From Macrostomum lignano (Eukaryota), in assembly GCA_002269645.1 (NCBI GenBank), contig NIVC01001524.1:124001-188000 (forward strand): a stretch of 64,000 nucleotides of DNA, read 5' to 3'. The notes under the pieces are model-generated. The model made no database searches and was not told the DNA's origin. It saw only the letters and a program-made list of their open reading frames with translations. Positions 25,111 to 37,161 of the stretch are shown one piece after another. The first letter of the stretch is position 1. Every line of letters begins with the position of its first letter. The translations under genes and the position numbers were made by a program.

Positions 25111-28100
25111 CTAAGCAGACTTCTGACCTCGCATAGCCATCACAGCTCCCAGTTGCATAGCAACAGCATCTCGGATTCGTTTCCCTGGCGACACACTGGG
25201 ATCAGTTGCTACCGGAAACAGACCGGAAGTCAAAACGGCAGAAGCTAAAACGCGAAGTTGTTCAGCCAGTGCCACATCTTCGGCAAGACCGACACTGGAT
25301 AGAGAAGCGAACACCGCACTGCGTAAGGTGGCATCTTCATCAAATTGTTGCTTTTGCTGTTGTTGCTTTTGCTGCTGCTGCTGCTGCGAATTCTCCTTAG
25401 CAACGGTGGACGACGATTCTGTAAAGCACGGAGCCAAAGGCAGCTTCTTTGCCGGCCTCTTTATTGTCGAACTGTTGTTACTACTGTTAGCTAGGGAACT
25501 CCGACGTTTAGCTAGAGTTCGCGAATGTAGCCTCAGGATGCAGCTGGTCCGGCAGCTGAATGCGCTGGCTGTCTCGTTAGTTACCAGGCGAGCTTGCAAT
25601 TGTGCAGCCCTCAATTCCCTGGCCTCGGAGCCGGAGTTGACATTGTAATACACATCGTGATAGCGCAGCTTCAGCATGGCTTTGAACGCTCCAGATGGGT
25701 TGCTTTTTCGCTCCTTTAAATAGTCTGACATCACATTGCGAACGTCTTCGAGCCGAGGTCCGATGCTCGAGTCCACGGCAAGGCGAGGTCGCGGTTTTGC
25801 CGTTGACGGAGTCGGGCGCAACGGGCTGGCGATGCCGCGACGGGCTTTGCCGCTTGGCGACAGACAGCTGAGCACAGCGCCAATGTCGTCTTGAGCAGCC
25901 TGGCCCAGGGTCTGTGTGAGATCGATTGAGAATCCCATGTGACATTGATAATTAAAATCTATAAAATCTATAATCTATAACATCTATAAAATCCAATTCA
26001 ACATCTATAAAATCCAGTTCAACATCTATAAAATCCCATGTACCATCTATAAAAATCCCATGTGACATCAATTAAAAATCCCATGGGACATCTACAAAAA
26101 TCCCATGTGACGTCTACAAAAATCCAATGTGACATAAGTAAAATCTCAGTGGACATCTATAAAAATCTCAGGGACTATCTATAAAAATCCCATTCAACAT
26201 CTATAAAAATCCCATGGGACATCTATAAACGTGTGACATTAATGAAAATCCCATGTGACATTAATGAAAATCCCATTCAACATCTATAAAATCCCATTCA
26301 ACATCTATAAAATCCCATTCAACATCTATAAATCCCATTCAACATCTATAAATCCCATTCAACATCTATAAAATCCCATTCAACATCTATAAAAATCCCA
26401 TGGGACATCTATAAACGTGTGACATTAATGAAAATCCCATGTGACATTAATGAAAATCCCATTCAACATCTATAAAATCCCATTTAACATCTATAAATCC
26501 CATTCAACATCTATAAAATCCCATTCAACATCTATAAAAATCTCATGGGACATCTATAAACGTGTGACATTAATTAAAATCCCATGTGACATCAATTAAA
26601 AATCCCATGCGACATCAATTGAAAATCCCATGCGACATTAATAAAATCCCATTACGACTTGACACACAGATGACATTATGACTCACCAAGCCGCATAGCC
26701 TATTAATGGTTCGCTCGCATCGCACTCCTAACAGTTTGGCCAGACCTCTCAGCTGCTCAACCGGAGCTCCGCTAGCCGCTGGTGCTGACAGGAACTCAGC
26801 CAGCACGTGTAGCAGTCTGGCCACAGTGACAGCCGGGCCTCCCTGACTCTGTACCGACAGTTCAACTCGGCGTTCGGGCGGCATCAACAGCAGAGGCCGG
26901 GCCAGCAGGCGTAGCAGGGCGTCAGCGATGTCGCCGACTTTGCCCCCAGCGCCGTGACCTCCGCTCACTGATTTGTCCGTGTCGGTGTCTCTGCGCGGGA
27001 GTGGGATAAGTGTAGGAAATTAGGGGATAAGTAAAGCATAGCAAAGATTGGAGAGTGACAGAAGAGGGGAAAGATCGGAGGGGAAAGATCGGAGGGTGAC
27101 AGAAGAGGGGAAAGATCGGAGGGTGATAGAAGAGGGGAAAGATCGGAAGGTGACAGAACAGGGGAAAGATCGGAGGGTAAGAAAAACAGGGAAATATCGG
27201 AGGGTAGAGAGAAGCGGGGAAAGATCGGAGGGTAAGAAAAGCGGGGAAATATCGGAGGGTAGAGAGAAGCGGGGAAAGATCGGAGGGTAGAGAGAAGCGG
27301 GGAAAGATCGGAGGGTAGAGAGAAGCGGGGAAAGATCGGAGGGTAGAGAGAAGCGGGGAAAGATCGGAGGGTAGAGAGAAGCGGGGAAAGATCGGAGGGT
27401 AGAGAGAAGCGGGGAAAGATCGGAGGGTAGAGAGAAGCGGGGAAAGATCGGAGGGTAGAGAGAAGCGGGGAAATATCGGAGGGTAGAGAGAAGCGGGGAA
27501 AGATCGGAGGGTAAAGAAAAGCAGGGAAATATCGGAGGGTAGAGAGAAGTGGGGAAAGATCGGAGGGTAGAGAGAAGCGGGGAAAGATCGGAGGGTAGAG
27601 AGAAGCGGGGAAAGATCGGAGGGTAGAGAGAAGCGGGGAAATATCGGAGGGTAGAGAGAAGCGGGGAAATATCGGAGGGTAAAGAAAAGCAGGGAAATAT
27701 CGGAGGGTAGAGAGAAGCGGGGAAAGATCGGAGGGTAGAGAGAAGCGGGGAAAGATCGGAGGGTAGAGAGAAGCGGGGAAAGATCGGAGGGTAGAGAGAA
27801 GCGGGGAAATATCGGAGGGTAGAGAGAAGCGGGGAAATATCGGAGGGTAGAGAGAAGCGGGGAAATATCGGAGGGTAGAGAGAAGCGGGGAAATATCGGA
27901 GGGTAGAGAGAAGCGGGGAAATATCGGAGGGTAGGGAGAAGCGGGGAAAGACACAGATGGCACAGAAGGAATACAAAAGAAGCAGAACACCAGCAAGTCA
28001 GAGAAAATGCAGGCGTCACACAAAATCTATCAATGACATACCTGGCAGAGCAGCAGTCCAAGAAGAAGTTGGACAGCGACAGTAAGCAGTCGCAAGAGTC

Positions 28101-31100
28101 GGTCGGTCTCAGCTGAGCCAGTCTGCCTGAGGCGGGCCAGTAGGCAAATAGCAGTTCCACAGCTGCCCCAGTTCGCGATGGAGCTATACGAAGCTTGCGA
28201 AATACGCCTACGTCTCGGCGGGACTTGAGACAGCGTTGGCCCAAAATGCTGAGCTGTCTGTGGGGTGGTCAGTAGGGAAATTGTTAGTAATTCTACTGTG
28301 ATTGAAAATCCTGAAATATCCAGACTGCTTTGATTGTTCAGAAAATCCCAAAGAAAATCTAGAATCTAGACTCTTCTATTCCCAAAATATCATATTGGAT
28401 ATCTAGGCTCTCATAGATGCTCAAAATATCCCATTGGAGATATCTAGCCTTTGTTAGAGATCTTCAAAATATCCCATTGGGCACTTCTAGATTCAATAAT
28501 ATCCCATTGATGATATCTAGGCCCTCATAGATGCTCAAAATATCTCATTGGGGATAACTAGTCTTTTTTATAGATTTCCAAAATATCCCATTGGAATATC
28601 TAGTCTCTCTTAGATCCACATGATATAACCCATTAGTGTATATGGCCTCTTTTAGATCCCCAAAATATCCTATGGGATACTTGGCGTCTCTTAGATCCCT
28701 AAAATATCCTATGGGATACTTAGCGTCTCTTAGATCCCCAAAATATCCTATGGGATACTTAGCGTCTCTTAGATCCCCAAAATATCCTATGGGATACTTA
28801 GCGTCTCTTAGATCCCCAAAATATCCTATGGGATACTTAGCGTCTCTTAGATCCCCAAAATATCCTATGGGATACTTGGCGTCTCTTAGATCCCCAAAAT
28901 ATCCTATGGGATACTTGGCGTCTCTTAGATCCCCAAAATATCCTATGGGATACTTGGTGTCTCTTAGATCCCCAAAATATCCTATGGGATACTTGGCGTC
29001 TCTTAGATCCCCAAAATATCCTATGGGATACTTAGCGTCTCTTAGATCCCAAAAATATCCTATGGGATACTTGGCGTCTCTTAGATCCCCGAAATATCCT
29101 ATGGGATACCTAGCGTCTCTTAGATCCCAAAAATATCCTGTAGGATACCTAGTGACTCTTAGATCCCAAAAATATCCTGTAGGATGCCTAGTGACTCTTA
29201 GATCCCAAAAATATCCTGTAGGATGCCTAGTGACTCTTAGATCGCCAAAATATCCTATGGGATACTTAGCGTCTCTTAGATCCCCAAAATATCCTATGGG
29301 ATACTTGGCGTCTCTTAGATCCCCAAAATATCCTATGGGATACTTGGCGTCTCTTAGATCCCCAAAATATCCTATGGGATACTTAGCGTCTCTTAGATCC
29401 CCAAAATATCCTATGGGATACTTGGCGTCTCTTAGATCCCCGAAATATCCTATGGGATACCTAGCGTCTCTTAGATCTCTTAGTTTCCCCATTTTAACCA
29501 CATTTAGAAAGAAAAAATAAAAATCCTAAAAAATCAGAACTCACTCAGCCCAATTAACCCTGGTACTCATCATAGCGGTATTCTCAGCAGCTTTAGACAG
29601 AGCTCTCAGCGACCGGCGTCGTTCATCTGCCCTACTAGCCAGATGAGTATAGGGCAGAGCCTCCAGCTCACGATTGGTTGGCAGACAAGCGTCCGCTCTG
29701 AGCAGCAGGACGGGAGAACTCGCCAAAAACCTGGACCAGCTATCCTCATCACTATTGGCAAAAACATTCGACGATGCCTGACAATGTCGGACTTGAAACA
29801 CCCGATTCGTATCAGCTGGGACTAGAGTGACATTCGATGCCAGAGGCGAATCGGAAAGCACAGTCCACACTGGTCTGATGAACATTGGTGTGACATCTGA
29901 CTGAAGTTCCTCTGGTTCCGTTTTTATTTCGGTTTTAATTTTGTCCAAGTCGCACTGGTGCTCGGGTACTGATAGTGGCTCAATGCAGAAGCCTTCTAGC
30001 AGTGCGTCATCTAGCGGCTCCTTGCGGTTGGTATTGGCCTGGGGTTTGATGGATGAGTTCAGTATTAATTAACATGCATTTTTATGGCTCAGTATTTATA
30101 TGTATTTGAGCACCAGACTCACACTTGAGTTTGAGCAGATCTACCTGAATCATTTCGAATCTACGTGAATCTAGATATCTACCATAGACACTACCATATC
30201 TACCTAGACTCTACCAGATCTACCTGAACCCTACCACACATCTACCTAAACCCTACCAGATCTACCTAAACTCTACCAAATCTACCTGAGCCCTACCAGA
30301 TCTACCTGAACTTTACCAACTCTACCTGAGACCTACCCGATCTACCTGAGACCTCCCGATCTACCTGAGACCTATCCGATCTACCTGAGACCTACCCGAT
30401 CTACCTGAGACCTCCCGATCTACCTGAGACCTATCCGATCTACCTGAGACCTACCCGATCTACCTGAGACCTACCCGATCTACCTGAAAACTACGACATA
30501 TACCTGAACCCTACCACATATCTAGCGTCTCTTAGAGCCTCTTAGATAATCTCTGGGATCTCTTAGACCTGAAACCCTACCAGATCTACCTGAACACTAC
30601 CACAAATACCTAAATCCTATCATATCTACCTGAACCCTACCAGATCTACCTGAACACTACCACAAATACCTAAATCCTACCATATCTACCTGAACCCTAC
30701 CAGATCTACCTGAACCCTACCAGATCTACCTGAACCCTACCAGATATACTGAACCCTTCGAGATCTACCTGAATCTTCCCAAATCTACTTAAACCCTTCC
30801 GGATCTACCTGGACACTACCAAATCTACCTGAAGCCTACCAGATCTACCTGAACTCTTATGAATCTACAGGAACCCTTCCGGATCTACCTAAACGAATAT
30901 ACCTGAACCTTTTCGTTATCTACCCGAACCCTTCCAGATCTATCTCAACACCATTGAACATACACGAATACTTTATTGCATCTAACTGTATCATAAGCTG
31001 TATCTATCTAAACGATACCAAATTCAAAAGCCTCACCTTGACTTGCAGACAAAACCGAAACGACGATCTACCCAGCATCTCAACCGCTTCATCTAAACAG

Positions 31101-31736
31101 TCGACAGACACAAAAGACAAGCCGGCATCAATCAAAGCTCGAGTCAAAGCATCTGACGCCGCAACCATAATAATTCTTGCATCATGCCACAGCTGAGCTC
31201 TTAACAAGCCTTCGACAGTGTGCTCAAGTTTAGTTTGCTCGTCTACGCTAACACCGGAACTGCTGATGACGTCATCGTCCAGAGCTACGCACAGCAGCGT
31301 CAGAGAGAACAGACAAGCTGGCAGGCAATCTAAACTATAGTGCAAAGACGACTTAGTTTGATCGGCATTGCAACCAGGAGCGGCCTTCAATAGTCTTGGC
31401 AGTTCACGTTCACGTTCGTTAATGATTGCGTCATCATAGTCAGGGTCTCCGTCAATGGTTGACCATGGCAACCAGGCTGGATACCTGAACGAATGGCTAT
31501 TAGGAAATACCTGATAGAAAAGCCGTTTAGAGCGATGCTCAACTAACAGCCGGTCGAGTTGCAGACGGAACGGCTGGGCGGTTGAGGCTGCGGTGAGAGC
31601 GGATGAGACTGATGCAGCATTCAATTTAATTGCTAGGCAGTCACCTGAAGCGGATAGACCGCTGGATCGGCCCAGTATGGTAATGCCAATGAAGTTGTCC
31701 AGGAAGTATTCGGGTTCAGAGTGTTTGATTATGTTT
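25111..31736 (-). CDS. MTBP: Divergent MTBP (Mdm2-binding protein / Sld7-type origin-firing factor) homolog, 5' end unresolved. Exons 31037-~31736, 29545-30038, 28042-28257, 26687-26990, 25111-25911.
   Basis: Five phase-consistent GT-AG exons give about 838 codons ending in TAG. Recalled similarity to vertebrate MTBP: TVEGLLRAQLWHDARI ~ TVGALKHLREWYSAKI; RYHDVYY...LQARLVTNET ~ HYHGIEY...LQSRLIRYET; the C-terminal helical domain TLRSAVFASL...AEQLRVLASAVL lies at the matching position and length. No in-frame ATG was found near the 5' end. Confidence 0.7.
25935..26650. repeat. ~21-bp minisatellite ATCCCATTCAACATCTATAAA and variants
   Basis: It fills MTBP-like intron 25912-26686. Confidence 0.95.
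27055..27950. repeat. 28-bp minisatellite GGAAAGATCGGAGGGTAGAGAGAAGCGG
   Basis: About 31 units. It explains the ORFs at 26965, 27020 and 27048 and the repetitive part of the ORF at 26922. Confidence 0.98.
28370..29480. repeat. 39-bp minisatellite CCCCAAAATATCCTATGGGATACTTAGCGTCTCTTAGAT with a degenerate left flank
   Basis: About 21 clean units from 28650. It explains the ORFs at 28545 and 28636. Confidence 0.97.
30140..30950. repeat. 20-bp minisatellite GATCTACCTGAACCCTACCA
   Basis: About 38 degenerate units. A fragment of the 39-mer family is embedded at about 30520-30570. Confidence 0.95.
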
Positions 31737-32224
31737 CTAGAGTAGGTTTCTGACTATTGATTAGGGTGTTTTGGAGTCAGAAGTGTCACTGATGTTATTT
31801 TTAGAATCTGAATTCAGTCACTGAGTAGGGTAATTTGGTGTCAGTTGATTTCTACACTACATGAGATATTATAAAATTATAAAAAATAAGTCAAAAGATT
31901 CATATAAGTTGTACGTGTGGTGCAAAAAAATTATTTATTGACTTGCAAGAGAAAAGACAATAGTCAATAATCAACAGATCTGGGGTTTTAAAGCTAAGTA
32001 CAAAAAGCACCTGTATAAAATATTGTCGATTAAGAAAAAAATACGCTCGTAATTATCAAAAAAACAACGCAAGATTCTTGTTGTGTTCAACATTAAAAAG
32101 ATATTAATCGATAAAAAAATCATAATCTTTAAAAATTTCATGTTTTCAAATGACAAATTTTTCTGCCGTAAAAGTACTGAAAATTTGCAATAAAAATTTA
32201 CGAGTTAATTTGTTCATTAATTCC

Positions 32225-32468
32225 AGCTATTGCGCGGCGCATCTGAAGGCTGCGTACGGCTGTTCAGTCCAAGGATTGGGGGGTCGCCACACACACCCTC
32301 AATTAGCCCAGCTAATACTGGCACCCATTTTACCACTGGGTGAACTGAAGCAATGCAGAGTTGAGTGTCTTGTGCTCAAGGACACAAACTGATCCAGTGG
32401 GATCGAGAATCGAACCCCCGACCTTCAAGCTGTGAGTCCGACGCTCTAACCACTAGGCTGCAACCCCC
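32225..32468 (-). mobile_element. tRNA-derived SINE with a CORE-like central domain
   Basis: The minus-strand head GCAGCCTAGTGGTTAGAGCG (A box) ... GGTTCGATTC (B box) is followed by TGTGTCCTTGAGCACAAGACACTCAACTCTGCATTGCTTCAGTTCACCCAGTGGTAAAATGGG, which resembles the recalled MIR/CORE consensus. There is no tRNA acceptor stem. The 3' limit is approximate. Confidence 0.8.
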
Positions 32469-32755
32469 TAATAGAGCATTTATAGCAAATCCATTTAGTC
32501 CACTTAAGTTATTAGAAGGTTAAGGTGCTAACAAAACGAGTCTTGGAAGACTTCTCTTTTACAATTATACAAGTCACGTGATGCCTCTCCGTCGCATTAC
32601 AGTCTAAGTCGTGTTTAAAAGTCACAAGAGCCGCCCGTTCTTTGCAATGACTAACGTTAGTGATTATTTTTAAAAAATTTTTGAATGAGATTCGAATCGA
32701 AAATAATATTGAAGATATTAAACATTCGTTGGGGTAGTTATGTTCATCAATTCGT

Positions 32756-34997
32756 TCATTTAAGATGTCGATTCCACACAGCATGATCATTATTAGCGTT
32801 AGCGACACTTTGGTGAAAATGTTTGCACCAGCGCTGCACAGCCTGCCACTGCAGCTTCCTAATCCTGGCAACATCCGGCGGGTCTCTGGCATCGGCCGCT
32901 CGCAAATCCAAATGATGAGCAGCATTCTTCATCAGCTCAGCTGGGCAGCTGGGATTTGGCGAGGTTTTAACACCACCCGGAGCCCACGGGTCTAGGTCGC
33001 CGTTGGCGTAGAAGATATTAGAGCAGGCAATTGGATCTACAGCTCCAGCAAACTGAGTCATCACCCAGTTAGGCCTGGGTCGAATACCGAACTGACTCAA
33101 GCAGCTGGCAGTGTAAGCTTCTAAATCAAAGTCCCCAGTTGGCTGCAACATATCCGTGATCCCATTTGCGCAGGAATCTGGCATGACCATCTCGTTGCAC
33201 GATTGGGCACCCCAGCCCCGATCGTCCAGGGTGGCAGATGACGGATCAACTGTCAGATTCAGACAGGCTACACCACCCGTGTAGTTGTAATAGTAGCGGT
33301 TTAAACCGGCAGACACAGCCGACAATAGGCTTATATCGTCATTATTGGATTTATCTGACACCGATGCAACGGATGAAATCGGTCGACAAATTGAGGCCAC
33401 TGGCCAAGCTGGCAGTGGCAGCAGAAAGCTTGCCGGATACGGATAATTAACCATCGCAGCCGTCACGTAAGCTGATACAATCCAAGCTTTTAAACCATTA
33501 ACGTCTGATTTACTAGTTAGAGGCGAACAGGTGGCAAATATTTTTGATAGCTTTAGAAGACCCGACTGACCGCTGGCTGCAGTGCGATCGATGGCCGACC
33601 AGGACTTGCGTATGTTGGCCTGTAGGGTGTGTTTGTGTGCATAGCATATTTGTGCCGTGTATGTTTGTTGGACTAAATCCGAAATATCATTTTCTTTACA
33701 AAATATCATCGTCAGAGCAAAGACGCCCACCCATTTCCCTTAACAGTCAGAGCGAAGACACCCATCCCATTTCCCTTATCAGTCAGAGCAGACACCCACC
33801 CCATTCCCCTTATCAGTCAGAGCGAAGACACCCACCCCATCCCCCTTATCAGTCAGAGGGAAGACACCCACCCCATCCCCTTATCAGTCAGAGCGAAAAC
33901 ACCCACCCCATTCCCCTTATCAGTCAGAGGGAAGACACCCACCCCATTTCCATTATCAGTCAGAGCGAAGACACCCACCCCATTCCCCTTATCAATGAGA
34001 GGGAAGACACCCACCCCATTCCCCTTATCAGTCAGAGCGAAGACACCCACCTCATTCCCCATATCAATGAGAGGGAAGACACCCACCCCATTCCCCTTAT
34101 CAGTCAGAGCAAAGACACCCACCCCATTCCCCTTATCAGTCAAAGTGAAGACACCCACCCCCAATGCCCTTACCAGTGAGACAAAAGACACAGCTTTAAT
34201 TGTACTAATGAGTAAAGACGCACCCAATGCAATCTACTCCCAATTGCAGTATAGCAACCAATACAACTCACAGAACAATTAGGCGAAGCCTTAGTAAACG
34301 CATTAGACACAGCGGCAGAAAATGCGTAACAACTGGTGACGTTAATAAATTGTAAAACGGGAGCAGAGGAGGCCAGAGCGCCCTGTACTAGATGAGGATA
34401 TTTCTGGCGCATCCAGGCAGATAGCATGCCTCCATAGGAGCCACCAATAGCAATCACTGGGGAGCGTTTAGCAACAAGTCGAGGCTCCAAGTATTTCAAA
34501 TTCGTCAAAAAATAAGCAAAATCAGCCAATGCCTGCTCGGCAGTTAGATAGGCAAGTGTAGACGCATTGTCCATCGAATGATCGCCAAATGGCATACTGT
34601 TGCCATAGTAACGATGCTCAACAAACACAAGAGCGGCATTAATCACAGGAGCCATTTGCCACATGATGAGGGTGTTATTAGCAAATGCTTCAATTCTACC
34701 TTCATTTCCAGTGTAGAATAGAATAGGCGATCCAGGTTGATAATAGGTGTCATTAATCAAGTAGCGAACTCGGAAACTTCCCAAATAGGGATTGAATGAG
34801 AAGTGATCAATCTGACTAGTGAAAGTCTTTGTAACAAAGACAACTGGCGGTGGAGGCGACAGATTGATGGCTGACTGTGGCTCAAATGGATGTGGCGCCT
34901 CAAAACGGAGTACAGACTGTTCAGTGATTGAGGTGCAATACAAAATAATATGGCACACAACTATTACCAAATAGATATATTTGTTTTGTGTTTGCAT
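32756..34997 (-). CDS. PRCP: Lysosomal Pro-X carboxypeptidase (S28 family), 529 aa. Exons 34272-34997 and 32756-33619.
   Basis: N-terminal signal peptide; IDHFSF, YTGNEG, EHRYYGNSMPFG, nucleophile GGSYGG, NYPYPASFLLPLPAWP, CNEMVMP (PRCP-type rather than DPP7-type), Asp in GDLDPW, His in AAHHLDLR. One phase-0 GT-AG intron. Confidence 0.93.
33708..34180. repeat. 36-bp minisatellite CAGTCAGAGCGAAGACACCCACCCCATTCCCCTTAT
   Basis: About 13 units in the PRCP intron. Confidence 0.96.
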
Positions 34998-35399
34998 GTT
35001 TAATTGTTGTTATCAAATCATAAAAGTGGGGTAAGAAATTCAAAGCATTAGTGCAGGTGCAACACAGGTTTCACAACTTTTACACAACTTTTTCACAAGC
35101 ATACAAACTATTGGTTTTTGCGAGCTATCTCAGCCAAGGAGCAAGCAAACTCATCCATCCCATAGATTTCAATACGACGAAGGAGGTAGTTTGAACCATA
35201 GACTATCACGTTTTTTCAACCAAACTCATCCAATGGGCGAGCAATCTCAGCCATAGCTTGTCTGCCCATTCATTTCCTCTTCCCTTCTTTCTTTCCTCCT
35301 CCTCCTCAATTTCCTGTGTTCTGATGTGCTGCTCTATCATAAAGTCTCTTATATACGAACCAATTAAATTTTTCGCTTAATAAACAAGCTATGGACTGA

Positions 35400-35985
35400 G
35401 TCTGAGCAGGACGAGACCGTTGGCATGGTCATTATAGAAATGGTGGGTTGGCGAAGCAAAGGGTGAAATAGTCCCGGCGATTAGCCCTCCTGCTGATTCA
35501 ATGATAAGAGACTGTCTGGCAAGAGTACCCGGGGTTTAGTTGGGGGGAGGCTCCTTCGGGTTGCCATGGCTGTAGGGGCGGTCATATGACCAGTTTTTGG
35601 CTTATCTAACCCAGGAGAAGGCACGGGCTTCCCTGAATGGTTTACTCTATCCCCTCTGGCCCCGGGGAGGTTTATGTACATTTGGCTTGAGTACCCGGGG
35701 GTGGTGGGTGGTCAGCCCCAGCATGGTAGCCATGGCCCTCAGCTTTCGGGCTAACCCTAATAGGCATGGGGTCTATCTAACCTGGATTTTTGGGCTGTCA
35801 CTGTCCCCTGGGGAGGTTTTTGATCTGTCATTTGCCCTTTGTATAGTCCTCTTAGCTCCAATTAGGATCTCAGTGTACATAAGTACACTCCCAACCTGGA
35901 ATTCATATTTATCTAGTGGCGTAAGAGCCTGATCAATGGCTGAGGTGCCGAATTACTTATTACTATTATTGTTACTGTTACTGGA
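35400..35985. mobile_element. Unclassified GC-rich dispersed-repeat remnant, possibly a retroelement 3' end
   Basis: A GC-rich island in AT-rich DNA with internal repeats (GAGTACCCCGGGG / GAGTACCCGGGGG; CCCC..GGGGAGG) and a TTA/TAT-type tail at about 35955-35985. No recognisable ORF. Confidence 0.3.
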
Positions 35986-36266
35986 TCCCTAAATAGGTAA
36001 GTAAATATATTCTTTGAAGCAACAGTATATTTTTAAAGATTCACAATTTGCCTAATCAATGTACTATACTATATTTTATGTTGTTGTATATTTGTTTTCA
36101 TTTAAATATCGCTACTTACTAATAAAATTACATTTATTGTATATGGAATATTTTTAAACAATATTATTTTTATTGATCTGTGAAATTCAATTGTTTCTGA
36201 TGATGTTCTTAGAATGAATTTATGTTCTTTGCTAATAGCTGCAGCTGTAGATTAAGCTTTTGTCTA

Positions 36267-36840
36267 CAAAGGGTCATCCCAAAAGTTCTCTGTATCACTG
36301 AATTACTCCTACAAACTGGAACCAATTTTGAAGAAAATGCACACAAACTTGCACCAATATCTGCACACAACATTGATGAATTTTCATTAAAAAATCTCCA
36401 TGCAATTAGAAATAACAAGCTGAGTTGTCCAACACCTTCAGAGCAAATGAACAGCTCTCACATTGACTTCTTTAACTGGCACAGTGCAGCTCGTGCAGCA
36501 TCACCGACCAGTCATGTGAGTCAGCCAGTCATTCAAGAATAAATGATGGAATTCTTGTCAAGTTCATTCACTTTTCTGCTTGTGACACTTGCCTATTCAG
36601 TCGTTGATGCTGCACAAGCTGCACTGTGCCAGTTAAAGAAGTCAATGTGAGAGCTGTCCATTTGCTCTGAAGGTGTTGGACAACTCAGCTTGTTATTTCT
36701 AATTGCATGGAGATTTTTTTATGAAAATTCATCAATGTTGTGTGCAGATATTGGTGCAAGTTTGTGTGCAGTTTCTTCAAAATTGGTTCCAGTTCGTAGG
36801 AGTAATTCAGTGATACAGAGAACTTTTGGGATGACCCTCG
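36267..36840. mobile_element. Tc1/mariner-type foldback MITE, 574 bp
   Basis: About 240-bp near-perfect inverted arms with a ~90-bp spacer. Termini are C(A/G)A(A/G)GGGTCATCCCAAAAGTT, with TA at 36265-36266 and 36841-36842. Confidence 0.9.
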
Positions 36841-36992
36841 TAGTCAATATTTATTTCCAATATTGACTATGCATTCATTTGTTTCCAAGTGCATTCTACA
36901 ATATAAATATACCAATTCTATGAGATATTCACCCAATGACCTAAAACAATTTTTTGTTTTTTGGCATTGACTCAACTTTACAGGTCAACTTT

Positions 36993-37161
36993 ACTCAGCT
37001 TGGGCACAACCTAGGGATTTTTCTGGCTGTTTCTATTGGCAACACCCACATAAGTTGCTATTGGATGGAATAGTAGTCATGTGACTGCTCTGAGCCAATA
37101 GCAACTTACATGTGTGTTGCCAATAGAAATGGCCAAGTGATTCCCAAGGTTGTGCATATAT
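36993..37161. mobile_element. Short palindromic (MITE-like) element, uninterrupted copy
   Basis: About 60-bp inverted arms (GCACAACC...TTTCTATTGGCAACA...GTTGCTATTGG). It matches, in reverse orientation, the flanks 38524-38613 and 39724-39816. Confidence 0.8.

Noticed and set aside
32395-32468. tRNA gene
   Set aside because: A and B boxes are present, but there is no acceptor-stem pairing and the sequence continues into a CORE-like body, so it is a SINE head.
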